Shown: positions 37,008 through 50,828, numbered from the stretch's first letter. The stretch is 64,000 nucleotides of DNA from Zygnema circumcarinatum SAG 698-1b (GCA_037447605.1 CM074804.1:8471909-8535908); one strand, 5' to 3'. Program-made: numbers and translations. The notes: generated from the sequence alone by a model not told the origin.

Positions 37008-38076
37008 GGTCGTGTCTTGGAGGTGGCTTTTTGAGTCAATATCGCTTCCTAGGTGATTCATCCACAACAAAACTGAGAATGCAGGCCATACTTTCTGCTC
37101 CAGCTATCAAACAGCTGAAGTGACAGCATTTTATCCTTCTACTTCACGAGTCACGCATGCTCGCAGCAGTTTCCTTTTTGCATTACAATATAGCCAAAAT
37201 AAAAACTCTACTTCTTTTCACTATGCAGCTCAAATGCATACCCAGTGAAAAACCCATCCTCTTTTGCCTCTTCCTGTCTTCTGCAGCTACCAGACACTCT
37301 AGCAGAAAAAAATTCGTTAGGGGCAAGCCAAGCCGAGAGTCAGCCTCGCTGCAGACTGGGGGTGGGAATGTTCCATTCAAGGTCCATTCTTAAACTATAG
37401 CCAATCAGAATTCGACACGTGTTGCTGAGTTGGCAGGCTGTGACTGGTCAACCGGAACGCACTAGGGACAGTGCCCTCCATGGAGTCCCGCCTGTCAAAG
37501 CGTTGTCAAACGGAGAGCGTGAGACAGCCATAGAATCATAGGTAGGGGCTGAGATCAGTTCAGCATGTAACCGGAGTTACGTTACAGTTCAATTTTGTTA
37601 CTGCGCTACTTGTGTTGCCTGCAACTGCAACTACAACTGCAACTGCGACTATTTGAATACTTCTCTCATCTGGACACTCCGTTAGGGCGTTTTAGGGTTA
37701 GCGTTCACTGCTGGGATGGTGGAGGTCATGGCCAGAGCGAGAGGGAAGGGAGAAATTAGGGTTAGGGCATGACTGTACCTGAACGTTTGGATTAGAAGGT
37801 AAAGTATAGAGTGAGGAGAATTACAGTGGAAGTAAGTTTAGGGTTAGGGCTAGGATTTTTATACGGTTTAGAATCAGGTTTAGAAGTCTCTGAGTTCTGA
37901 ACAGACGGCTACACCACGAAGCTCCTCGCATTGCATTGCATTGCATTGCATTGTGCTCTGCTCCGTGGAGCTTCTGGATTCTGCTGCCTGTTAAGCCCCC
38001 AAGCCCGAGTTCCCTAACACTAACCCTGACCCTAACCCTAACGCCTCCCAGCAAACACCTTCAGCTTGTTGCTGCA

Positions 38077-41000
38077 ATGGCGGACTTTCCTCAGACCGCA
38101 TCCTTTGTACAGAGGGTCTTACAAGCTCATCCGCACAAGTTTGGAGCGATACTGGAGAGGCAGGAAGAGTTCCGCTTCCAAGTGCTGCTGTCGGAAGTCC
38201 GGCATGGCGTGCATGGCCAGCCTGTTGTTATCCGCCATGGCTACCGGACGGATGCTGAGTACTTCTATCCCGCCAGGTGAGAGGACGACTTAGCGGGTCT
38301 CGGAAAAACTTGTCGCAAGCAGCAAAAGCGGATTTTTAGGGTTCTGGAGTTTCTGAAGGTGATTGAGTAGGGTTCTCGAGGACCTTTCTCTGGCCCGGCT
38401 TTGGCTTTGATGCTGAAAAATTATTAAATTAGCGTACTCTATCTTCCTCCCCTTTTCCCAGGCATTTTGTTTGAGCAATTCTCTTGTTCTTTCGTATACC
38501 TTTCTGCCCATGTCCACGCTTGTTTTTTTTGGTCTGTTTTATTGCAGTGCTATAAAGGTCTGTGCCGCCATTTCTGCACTGCAGAAGCTTTCGGGGCTGC
38601 GACAGCTGTCATCAGGTAAGCTCTTTTCACCGCCCTTTGTTTTGCCCTCAAATTCAGCCAAGGAAACAGCACTTGATGTTGCGAACTGTGACAGGAAAAT
38701 GTAGGACTCTCTCTCTCTCTCTCTCGCTCTCTCTGGCTCACATGCATGCGCCCTTTGTCAAGTCACGTCTTTGTATGCTTATCTTTTCACCGAGAGACAT
38801 GGGTGCGTGCTTCAGGTGCGACAGAAATCGCTCCTGACACGCCTCTCGCATTCTGCCCTTTGTTTCCTGGGGATAAGCGGAACGTTGTTGATGTCTCCAA
38901 TCAAAATGGGAAAAAGATTACACTCGTGCATGAGATTCGTAAACTTTTTCTGGTGACTATCTTTGAATACCATATTACTCCCCAATTCAATCACATGTTT
39001 GGTCATAGAATCTAATCTATGCGGAACTCATATCTAGCGAAGAAGCAAGTGCATTGTTCATATCTGAACTTTCGTTAGAGGTTTCTTAACAAAAACATTT
39101 GTAAGGGTATCTGTTAGAAACTGCTCCATTAGAAGTACTCAGATGTTCGGGTGAACTGCGAATTTTTTAGCACGCCTGAAACCCTGAGATTCGTGTCGCA
39201 AACGTAATCGAAGATTTCAATGGCAGGACTTCCTTAATCACACAGGAACCTTTTGTCCACGATTTGGTCATAGTCTTTCTTGTGATGGTCCTGCTCATGC
39301 TGTCAGGTGTCGGACAATGTCGCCTTCAACCGGTTGTACTCGTTTGTGGGTCATCGCCATTTAAATGAAGGCATGTGAGTGTAAGTCCCATCCACATATA
39401 TTCCCCTTACTCATTTTCCTGTCTTTCACGCTATGTTGGTACTTGGAAGACTGGGGGAAGGTGGTGGGGAATCATGCTATCTCTCCCCTTCCCCTTCTCC
39501 TTCGTCCTTTCACCGGCTCGTTCTCTCTTCCTTCCTTTCTTTACGCGATTCTCTGCCTCCCTCCACCCTTTTTTCCTCGCCCACGCCACTTTTCTGCCTG
39601 CCCCATCCCCCTTCCCCCCTCTTCTCACACTTTCGCCCCATCCTCTCTCCTCCGCTCATTCACGCCAATCTCTTCCTCTGCAGGTGGGCCATGGGCTTCA
39701 GTTCAGTGCGCCTGCAGCACCGCTTGGCAGTGGCTGCAGCTCCGGAAGACAACCGCCGCTGCGAACCCGTGGAAGTTGCTGCCGGCCAGGAGGGCTCGTT
39801 CTGCCTGCCACCCAGAATGAGCCACGTGGCCATGCCCAGAGGATGCCACGTGGGAGGTCTCCATGTGGGGACAGCATACATTGACGAAGAGGGGACTCGG
39901 GTGAGTGGCAACCTGAACTTCTTCACTAGGGTACCTTCACCCCCATGCTCTGTTTGAAAAATAATGTAGTCCTTTTTCTCTACTTCTGACGGGTCTATGT
40001 TTTAATAATTGAGAAGCTTCCTTTGGTCGCTGCTCATTGGCTCGTTCTAGGTGGACTCGCCGATGGACTTTTCGGGAAAGAACAGAATGAGCCTGAGGGA
40101 GCTGCAGGACTTGCTTGTTAAACTTCTTCGACCAGATATTCATGTCAGTTTCTAGCCCACTTGGATTGCAACATAGATTTTTTCAGCGAACAAATGCATT
40201 CATAGAAGTAAGGCATGCGTTACAATTGTCATAGGCAAAATGAGTAAGCCACGACAGGAAGTCGTTCATTGGTCATGCAGTTTACGGTTCATGAGTCAGT
40301 GCACGAAATTCATAATGAGGAGTTTTTTGTTCAAATTTCTTCATTCAAGATTCTTGTAGGAAAGGTTCTTGGTTTTACAGATTGGAGGAGGGAAAGTTGA
40401 GCTGGAAGAGAGTCAGCGCCGGCTTCTCTTGGAGGCCATGGTGGAGTACCCGTCACAGTCACGGAATCCAAAGTATTCCTCAAAGGAATATCCTGACGAC
40501 TACTGCAAGGTGTGCGTCTCTCTGCAGGTCGCCTTCATGTGAAAAAATTCGTTTCACCCTTTATCTCTCTCTCTTCCTTCCTTATTCTCTTATTCGTTCC
40601 CTGCTTTTATCCCTTACTCCCTTTTTCGCCTTCCCTCTAACCCCCCTCGTCATTCTTTCTCCTCTCTACACTCAACCAATCCAAGGGCCTCAGTCTTCGT
40701 TCCTTTTATGTGATTTGGGTTCTTCTGTTTGGGCTTTCTTTTTGTTCAGTTTTTCTTGCCCGGGCTATGCCGCGTTCGACCCAAGGAGTCTCTTCGTGTA
40801 TACAACAAAATAGGGCAGGCGTATGGCTTCACCGTTGACAATGCGTAAGTATTCTATTGGATCGTTAAAGGCACAGAATGCGTTCCATACCGGCTTATCC
40901 GTTGTTTCTCTTTGGAAAGGAACTGACACCTGGAACAATGAGCTGTGATTCGTTGGTTGGTAGCGAGGGGTCCAAAAGTGAACTCTTTACCTTTCTCAGT

Positions 41001-41654
41001 GATGCGGTAATGGAGCTCAAGTTACTGCTGTGAAACTTGCTGTGCCTCAGGTACATATTGGACATAGAAACTGGGCGCGAATTTTTCCTTTCCGTGGTGC
41101 TGTACACCAACAGCAACGCAGTCTTGAACGATGACAAGTACGAATACGACACGGCGTATCGCGTTGCGGCTGATCTTGCAGAAGTCATGGCAAGGGCTGT
41201 TTGGCAGTATCCTCCGGACCAATCGTTGTCAGCCACGTGTCTCGACTGCATCCCTTCTTCCTTTTGGCCGGGTGGAGACATAACCGGTAATGATGTTCCT
41301 TGGGATGCGAATGCCGACGTTAACATAGCTGCTACCGGAGATCGTGAAGGGGAGCTTTTGGAAGGGGGGGGGTCGCAGCAGATGGACGTGTTCTTTGATT
41401 CGAGGGAAGTGATGGAAGAAAGCGATCACGGCTGTCAAAATCGGGAGCCAAGTGGTGGGGAGGCCGCGGCTGGGACCGGCAGTTCGCTTGAACCCAAGGG
41501 GGGTTCAGAGGGAGGGGAGGGTTCCAGCAAGCGTGGTGTGGAGCATGAGGAGGCGGCGGATGCGGTCGAGTCCTTGACATTGTCGACGGTGTCTCTCAAA
41601 ATTCCAAAGCCGTCGTCGCCATTACCGTGCTACAAATACTTTGTTGAAGGGTGA
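38077..41654 (+). CDS. Class A beta-lactamase-fold serine hydrolase, multi-exon
   Basis: Splicing assembles YFYPASAIK (SxxK across intron 1), LFLVSDNVAFNRLY (SDN at 39310-39318), VYNKIGQAYGF (KxG at 40807) and FFLSVVLYTNSNAVLNDDKYEY. Confidence 0.85.
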
Positions 41655-42554
41655 CAATTTTCTTAAACGAAAGGCTGTCCTCTGTAAAGTGAAGGTTGGT
41701 GATTAAAATGGAATATTTTTTGGAGTCGCTGCAACTTTGGTTCTTGTTCTGTATGCCTTCAAATTAAATGCACATGTAATGGGATGCAATGGAGAAAACT
41801 GTGACAAACACCAGGACACCCCTCTGCCTCGGCACCTGCTCCTGCCTGAGGCATCACCCTCAGCTTCGCTGCGCTTAGTCCCAAATGTATCCTCAGGCCC
41901 TCGAAGCCCTCAGAGGACTGACTGAAGCACCTCCGCCCTGCACTTCCTCAACTCTGCCTTCACCCCTTCACAGCAGCCATAGCCCACAAGCAAGGCGGCC
42001 TACTGTAAGTACGTCCACGACGGGAGTGGGAGTGTAGTCGTGGTTTCCATTCAATGCACCGATGCTGCATTGCCTACAACAGGGAGAAGTTTGCATTGAT
42101 CTCACCATGGCGATGCCATCAAGTGCGCAACAAGAAGAAGAAGAACACCAACAACAGTAGAGCCATTTCGCCCACAACATGGTTCAAACCATGGCATGCT
42201 GTCGCATGGCATGCGCGCATGATGCTTGCCTCCATGTGGTGGCGGCTCCATAAGAGGCCAAAACGCGGCCCCATTCTGTGTCCCACCGTTCCGTTCGCCG
42301 TACTCCCCCAAACTGGAGCAGTCACCAGCACGGAACTGCGCAACAACATTTTTGCGCCATAGGGTGCAATTGGGGTACAGTCGTTGGACGCCCCCCGCTG
42401 TCCGATCCTCCATCCGACGGCCGTCGGTTGGCGCCCTCCGCCGTAAAGCTCCCGCGCGCCCACATAGCAGCCCTTTCTCGCGCGCCGTCTCCCTCCTCTG
42501 CGGGCGCCTCCCTCCCTCGCTCCCTCTCTCTCTCTCGCTCTCCGCAGTGCAGCC

Positions 42555-43786
42555 ATGAAGGTGGTCGCGGCGTACCTCCTCGCGCTGTTGGGAGGCAACG
42601 AGTCGCCCTCCGCAGGAGATATCAACGCCATTCTCGGCTCAGGTGCGCTCCAGAATGCTATGCCAATATGCTTGGATTAGGGTTCGGAACCCTAAAAATT
42701 CTGGACCCTAAAGTGCTAACCCTAACCCTGAGAAGCTTGAGATTGGAAGCATGGGGTTGGAGAGCGGCGCTGCAATGGAAACTTGAGGGATTGAGGGGTT
42801 TGGGAGAGGCTGCAGTGGGAGCGGAGGCGGACGAGGAGAGGATAGAGCAGCTGCTGGGAGAGCTGAAGGGGCGCGACATCAATGAGGTGCTCGCGGCCGG
42901 GCGGGAGAAGTTCGCATCTGTGCCAGGCGGAGGAGGCGGTGGCGGAGTGGTAGTGGCAGCGGGAGGAGGAGGAGGAGGAGCTGCGGCGGCAGCAGCGCCG
43001 GCGGCAGAGGAAAAGAAGGAAGAGAAGGAGGAGGAGAAGGAGGAGTCTGACGATGTGAGTGGCAGGAGGCATAGGGAGGGGTTTTTGGAAGGGGAAGGGG
43101 AAGGGGGGGGGGGGTGGGGGGAACCAGAAGGAGAGAGTGAGAGGGGAGCTGGGAGGGAGGAAGAGTTAGTGGGTGGGAAGGTTGGTAGCCGAGGGTAGGG
43201 GGCGGAGGGAGGGAGAGGGTGGTTCGGGGGGGAGAGGGAGAGCTGGAGGAAGGGCAGGTAGTGGTGAAGCAGGCAGGGATAAGCTAAGTTTGAAGGCATG
43301 TAGGAATGTGGCAGAGGCCGAGGGAGGAGATAGTATAATTGGGAGAGAGTGGGGGGGGTGAGGGAGGGGGGAGGCGGTCTTGGTTGGAGTCTTGCTGATG
43401 TCTCTTTTGTGGGTTCTCTGTATCTGTCAGTTTTTTGGGAGAAACTTGTGTACTAAGTGCATTTTTGGTTTTTAGTCGGCAAAAAAATGGCATCCAATTG
43501 GGGATAGAGAATTAGTGGTTGCTGCATTCGAATTAGCTGGGACCTTACATTGCTTAATGTACACAGACGATTGCTTTTGAAGATGAGGGGGCATCAGAAT
43601 ATCGTTTGTTTGCGAGGAAGCAAAAGCTGATTATGCAGCTCAGAAAAGGCTGGCTGTTAATTCGGGGTTCTGAATTTTTACGATTGCAAGGTGCTGTACG
43701 TTCGTTTCTTTGGAAATGCTATCTTAATCGCCATTCGGGTTATGGGTTTTTGGATGCAGGACATGGGATTCAGTCTCTTCGATTAA
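42555..43786 (+). CDS. RPLP2: 60S acidic ribosomal protein P2
   Basis: [58 protein letters not shown]|DMGFSLFD*. Confidence 0.96.
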
Positions 43787-45022
43787 GCGACCAAAAATTG
43801 GGCATATCGCTGGGAGTATTGCCAGCGTGCCACGCAAAATGTGCAGTTTTTGGGGTTATGCTAAGGAGGAGGAAGGGATGAACTTCAATTAGAATGGGCA
43901 TGCAGAACAGCGAAGGCAGAGGATAAGCCTAATAGCCTGCATGAGTTCGCAGCACAATGTGTTTTACGGCTATGAAAGAATTATGGGGCATAGTGAAACC
44001 GGGAAGGCAAAGCTGTGAAGTGCTGTTCTGATGCATTTGTAAGGGGCTGCCCTTGCCTTTTTCTCAAATATCTGTCATGTGTTCGTTGGAAGAGTTCGGA
44101 GTTTCGGTTTATGTGTCTGATATGTTTTGTTTCCTTAAGCACTTCTTACAAGCACTTCCTTTAGCACTGTTTTCAGGACTTCCAGTGTTGGAGTCACCCG
44201 TCTCCAACATATGATAGATTCCACTGGAAAAATCTCATCAATTGAGTTTTCTTTGGATATATTGACTTTAGGGTTTCCAGGGCTTGTTGATTCAGGTTAG
44301 GCTTATGTTGCCGAGCTCTGGAGCTAATCTGCAGTTTCGTCGAAGGTGGTTTGTGTGCGCAGTGCTCATAGTCGTTATATGTCAGTAAGGCAGTGCTCCC
44401 ATTGAGACTAGCCACGAGGTGCTTTGGGTGATTTGGGGAGCGAGCGCTTGTGGATAGATTGGCCTTCTGGTGGAAAGAATGAGGACGAGCCCGCCCTTCA
44501 TGGAAGTATGCAGTTCCTGTTTTTATGTTTAGTTTTACTTTTTCGTCGGCGCGAGTAGATGTTGACAGCTAGACTGGATGTGATGAAGCATCACGAGAAT
44601 ATCAAAGGGGTTCAGTATTTTCTCTACGGTTTTAGGGTTTGTTCTGTTACATGGGATGGGCGAGAGAGAGAGTGTTGCGTGTCCTGTAGATTGAATTCTT
44701 CTCGGCCGAAGGACGGGTGCCTTCTGCGGTGAAGCTGAACCCAACGAGAACTCTGACGAACTACAAGCCATCGGTGACTAACATGCTTTGGCTTCCATGT
44801 GGAAATCAAAAGGCACACATACTATGCCATACATCTCACATTCATCATTGTTAGGCGCCACAAGAACCCCCAACACAGTTCCCGTTTCCAGGGCAAAACT
44901 CACTATTTTAAAAATCTGGCAATATTTCCACATAAGCAAACAAGAGAATTACGGTGACATTCTCGCGTGGCTCCATATTACGACGGCCCTAGACAAAGTT
45001 GGGGTCCCTCTTTTAGCAGGTT

Positions 45023-48000
45023 TTAATAACTTCGGCCCCAGAGCGCCCACTTCTTGGCGGGCTTTCCAGACGCAAAGCATAGCGTACCTGCACAGACCAC
45101 AGAACGGGACTTTAGGACCTCTGCAAAAGGGGGAAAAGGGGGAATTAGAGGGGGTGCTGGGCTCGTAGGATTTTTAGGGCTTCTAGGATTGCTAGGGTTT
45201 TTAGGGTTAGCGAGAAACACCTTCAGGGAGCTCAGGCTGGTCAAAGGGCATGCAGAGAGTCTTGGCTGCACCGCCTTCTCCTGCCGCACTCCGCCTCTTC
45301 ACATCCTCCTCCACTTCCTGCAGCCTCCGCCATAGATCCACGAAACATGGCTCATTGAAAACGCCCAATTTGGACATTGCAAAAAACAGCCCACACGCCA
45401 ATACCCCTAGTCCCATCAAGCCCAGAAGGGCAGACAGCTGATCACGGAAAGTAACCTTGGTTACAAAGAGCACACAGAAGACACATAATATGTACTGAGA
45501 AGGAATGAGTGATGAGGTGGCATCCTCACCATCTCGTCGCACCAGGGGGCGAGAACCATCTTCTTGCTATCCAGCGCGGGGATGAAGTCCTCCCAGGAGG
45601 TCACTTTGGCAATGCAGTTGTCTCTCTCTTCGGTGGCTCGGGCCAACATGTCGGCATGAATTTGCTTCAAAAGGGCGTCCACTCGCTGGGGGAGTCCGTC
45701 CCATGGGAGCACTTCCTTCACACCCGTGTCTCTCCTCACAGCCACCACCTGCACAAACATGTAAAAGGGTGAGGGAGGGGGAGAGAGAGAGAGCGAGAGA
45801 AAACGAGAAAGGGAGAGGGGGGAGAGAGAGAGAGAGATTTTGATTGGTGGAGGGAAGTGTCTGCGTATGTGCGTGTCTATTGCCTCCCATTGCACGTGTG
45901 CACATGTGTGGTGCGTGCATCAGCAGCTTGCCAGGCCGACCCCTGCAAAGTCTCACCTGTTTGTTGGTGAGATCCCGCGGTCCGAGCTCGATGCGGAGGG
46001 GCACTCCCTTGAGCTCCCAGTAGTTGTACTTCCATCCGGGAGAGTAGTTGTCTCGCGCGTCCTCCTTGCTGCGTATCCCTCCCTCCCTCAGCTCCGCCCC
46101 AATGCGCAGCGCAGCCTCCACCACGGCCTCGCGGTCGGCGTCTTTGAAGGGGATGGGCACCACCACGGCCTGCACGGGGGCGATGCGGGGAGGCAGCACA
46201 AGGCCCTTGTCGTCCGAATGCACCATCACCATCACACCGATCTGCACGCACGCTCACTCATTCACGCACATAACGTTTCAGTTCCAATATCAATCACGTT
46301 CGCTGTCGTTAACAGGTTTCTTTCGCTGCAGGTAGGTTCTCTGCAGAGACTCCTTCCATTTTGCAAAAAAAAACGTTACGTTTCCTCCCTTCTAGCTGCC
46401 CTCTGTGACTATCTCACTCTGTGTTACATTTTCACTCCCCTTTGCCTCTCCGCTGTCTGTCTCTCTGTGCCCTCTGCCTGTCTCCCTCTTCTTCCCTGCC
46501 CTCACTGAATACAAGAAATGAAAAGGAGAAGAAAAGTCCTGAAGCAACAAGTCGATGATGAATCGCATACGTACCGTGCGAGTAGTGAGACCCCATGAGT
46601 TCTGCCATACCATCCTCCGAGCTCCATCTGTATCCTCAAACTCTATATGGAACATTTTCGCAAAGTTCTGCCCCAAGCAGTGAGAGGTTGCTCCTTGAAT
46701 TCCTCGCCCTGTCGATGGAATGAAAGCCTGTCCAGACAAAGAGCAACATGGTTATAGAGTTTCAAGAATTTTTGAACAAGGCCGCTTAAGTTAGCACACA
46801 CATTGAAGTGTCTCAGGTCGTTGGGGTCCTTCAGATTTCAAGGAATCCGAGCTTTTTGTGTTTTTCAGGTCAAGTCTTTACAGTTGCTTCGAGTTCTTGA
46901 TTCTTTTATAGCTATCAGGTCAATAAAGTAAAGCCCTTAGGGTCCCTCCAAATCCATGATGTGCGCGTTAACCTCCCAATTTCATCTTTTGCGTTCATGT
47001 GAATGTCTATCCCAATCTAGTGACGGTAACGTGTGACTGATTTCAAAGCTTAACCCAAAGCCTTAACAACTGCGTAACGAGCAACTCCTCATCGCTGACC
47101 TCAACAGTCGTCGTGTAGAGTCCACCTGCAAACTTCTCCTTTTCACTTTTCACTCCTTTGATGACCGGCACCGCGAGCAGGTCCTGATATACACTTGTGT
47201 ACAAGTCCAAGATCGTTCGCACCTGCACCCCATCTCAACAAGAAGAAAATTAGCTTCAACAAAGGTGGCACCCAAATCAACAATGTTTTGGAAACTTAAA
47301 GGAATGTCTGATTGCAAATTGCTTCTAGAACTCAGAAGCTATTAGTTGCTGTCAAGCTGAGCTCAACATTTTGGGCTTTTTCAAGTATGGGATAAGAAGA
47401 TAAGCATCCTACACAAGAGAATAGAGAATAACAAGCATGAGTTTATAGAGAGGATCAAAAAAAATATTGCGGGTAATAAGTCATACTTCCACATCCGCCT
47501 CCTCCTTGGTGGCAAATGCGGTATGGCCCTCCTGCCACAAAAACTCGCGACTCCTGTATACACCCTCTCATTCAACCGAAAAATAGTCAAATTAGAGCCT
47601 GTGAAACCTCTCTCCTCTTCTCCACGTGTTTCGAAACTTCCAATCCTCAGTTGTAATGCATGAATGAAACTTTCGAACAAATAAAATATTCTGCTTTGCT
47701 GCTTTTTGAGTTTACCATTAAAGGCAGATAGCTGCTAGGATGAAATATACAACCCGTTCAACTTGCTATCAGTTACCATTGGTGTTGGACTCAGCGCAAC
47801 AGTGACAACTTCTCTATCTACAGCGCATTCTGTACATTTCTATTTGTTCATCGCTCCTTTAGAATGTGTGCATGCATGTCCTCGTAAATGCGGCATCAAC
47901 CTGATGAAGGGTGTGGGATGCTTGAACTCCCAGCGGACAACATTGTTCCATTGATTAATCTTCAATGGCAAATCACGGTGACTGCGGATCCAGTTCGCAT

Positions 48001-49548
48001 AGATCGGATACATCACAGTCTCACTTGTGGGACGAATGGCAATCGGAAGCTCCAATTCCGAATCTCCGGACCGAGTCACCCATGCCACCTGCATGCACAG
48101 TGTGCAGGATTAGGGTTAGGGTTTTCAAAAACAGTGAGAATTAGGATTCGGGCTATGGTCAGGGATAGGATCAGGTTATTGCTAAGTTAAGGTTGGGTTT
48201 AGCGTTAGGATGGTAAGAGTTACGGTTAAGGTTAAATGGAGGGTTAAGGTGGAATTAAGGTTAGAATTAGGATTAGCGTTGGGGTTGGAGTTAACGCTAG
48301 TGTTAGCGTTAGGCTTATAGATATCGTTACAGTTCGAATTAGGGATAGCATCAAAACTAAACATGGACAGAAACCCCGTTGATCAAAAGCCGGGCTATCA
48401 TGCGTTAAGCACACAGAGGCGGAGCAAGGAAGAAGCAATGGAGTTGTACCTCTGGAGCAAATCCTTCCACATGGTCCTTCTCTGCAGTCAAGGCCTTCTC
48501 TGACACAAAGAGAGGGAAGTATGCATTTTCCACTCCCAGCTTCTTAATTTCGCCATCAAAGTAACTCTGCAATAGCACAAACGAATAGAGATTTAAATTA
48601 CAATGGCGGGAAGAAGGAGAGAGAAGGGAGCGGAAGAGCGGGAGGAGAGGAAATGAGGCGAGGAGCCGGAGATGACGCGCACGAGGAAGAGAGGGAGAGT
48701 TGAACATGGTAACTGAAAAAAAGTCTCGTCGTAACCAGTTCTCAAAATTCCATCTATTTATTTATTTATTTATTTGTTTCATGCAATAAATTATGTAAAC
48801 ACATTTTTGATGAATGCAGAGGGAGGAAAGAGAGTGTACTTGAATTTGTTGCCAAATGGAATACGACCAGGGTCGGAGGATATAACAGCCGGAGACGTCA
48901 TAGTATTCGATCATCTCTCCGTGAACAACTACCTGCCAGAGCATATCGCTCTCTTTAAAATTCTGAGTCGATTCGCTCAATTAAGACTGAAAAAATGCTC
49001 TGGTGTTAATACTTCTTTGAAGGGTAGACGGTTCCTTTAGGGAGGATAAAAGATACTCACCTCGGAGTACCATTTTCCGAAATCATCTTTTTTTTTGGTC
49101 GAGATGCCTAACGCTGTCTCTTTCTTCACCTCCTTCTTGCCGCCTCCCCCTGGACCATCAGCACGCGACGAGGGAATGCAAAAAATCCATGTAAATAAAG
49201 AAATTGAAAAAAACAAAAAAGAAGAATGAGTTCCATTTCTCTGCTTTGCGGTGAACGAAAACAAACTGAGCTGCAGGAGCTGCTCTGCGGTCAGAGAGAA
49301 AGAGAGACGAAGGGAGAGAGTGGGAGCAGAGAGAGAGAAATGCGCATACCTCCGTGCTTAGCTCCCCCCTCTTTGTGCGGCTTGTGCTCCTTGGGCTTGT
49401 CCTTCCCCGCCTTCTCCCCGCCCTTGGGCTTCTCCTTCTCCTTCTCCCTCTCCTTGTCCTTGCCCTTCTCCCTCTCCCCCCCCCCCTCGCAGCCATGGCC
49501 ACACGACCAGCACGCCTCTGCGCCCTTCGCTTCCTGCGCACCCCCCAT
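45023..49548 (-). CDS. Cytosolic-type prolyl-tRNA synthetase
   Basis: [116 protein letters not shown]; start codon uncertain. Confidence 0.95.
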
Positions 49549-49814
49549 CAGCCCCGCCGACTCGCGTCAGCCCAACCGCCAGCCCAGACCCTGAACCCTC
49601 ACCTTCCGGCTATCCCCATCGACCCCCCCCTTATCCCCTTAACTCTCGCTAGCCATTGCAGGAGGCAGGCAGGGCGCGCAGCCCTCACCGTGGCCATGGC
49701 GGAGGGCTGGGAGTGAGAGAGAGAGAGAGAGAAAATGGGGAGAGGGAGGAGGGGCTCAGGAACCACCTCTGAAAAAGGGAGCTCCTTCAAGTACGAAAAA
49801 TTTGTCCAAAAAAT

Positions 49815-50828
49815 GGAAAATTCTATTCTCACACCTTTTTTGTCTACACACAGGCCTCTTTTCGCCGGGCAGATTTTAAAATAGCACAAAAAAAGAACAC
49901 ACCTTTCACACCTTCTCACCTTTTTTTTTTCACCTTTTTTTTCCCACCTTTTTGAAATCGATACACACCTTTCTCCATCGGGCAGATTTTACCCCTTCTT
50001 GTTTTTTTCAAAGAAAAAAATATCGGCCTGCCCGAATCCACTCGGAGCAGAAGATCCGTCCGCCACGAGATCGTTCGCGGGTGGCCGTCCTTCACACGTG
50101 CAGAAACTATACACCGTCGATTCTAGAGCAGATCGCACCACGGCAGATCACCGTTCGATCGGCAGCCGGGCTCGGTTCCAGCGAATGGCACACGCCCACG
50201 TGTCCCACCCGAGCAGGCTCGACCGTACACAACTCGTACGGTCACAGCTTCGAGGAAAGTCTAAATTCCTTACATTGCGAGCTTGAACCAATCACCATCT
50301 GCCGCGTGCTCTTTTTAGACGTGGCAAACTGTGATTGGTACAGGCACTCAACTTTAATTATTACGTTTTTTGACTTTCCTCGAAGCTGCGGGCGTACGCC
50401 TTTTGTACGGTCCTTGGAGCCGGCTTGGGTGGGACACGTGGGACAGAGCCCGGCTTCTGATCGAACGGTGATCTGCCATGGTGCGATCTGCGTGAATATC
50501 GACGGCGGAAAATTATTGCACGTGTGAAGGACGGCCACCCGCGAACGATCTCGTGGCGGACGGATCTTCTGCTCCGAGTGGATTCGGGCAGGCAGATATT
50601 TTTTTTCTCTGAAAATAAATGATAAGGAGTAAATCTGCCCGACAGAAAAAGGTCTCACGGCGCTCGGCCGCTCAGGACTAGTAGCGTGTATCGATTCCAA
50701 AAAGATGTGAAAAAAAAAGTGAAAAAAAAAAGGTGTGAAAGGTGTGTTCCTTTTTTGTCTATTTTAAAATCTGCCCAGCGAAAAGAGGTCTGTGCGTAGA
50801 CAAAAAAGGTGTGAGAATAGAATTTTCC
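49815..50828. mobile_element. Non-autonomous foldback element with ~450-bp TIRs (MULE-like)
   Basis: Termini GGAAAATTCTATTCTCACACC... and its reverse complement; arms ~49815-50270 and ~50372-50828; flanking 9-mers CCAAAAAAT / CAAAAAAAT (one mismatch). Confidence 0.8.

Noticed and set aside
49476-49496. Programmed frameshift at the ProRS N-terminus
   Set aside because: The ATG at ~49496 is out of frame across an 11-nt homopolymer. An upstream in-frame ATG or a homopolymer length error explains this more simply.
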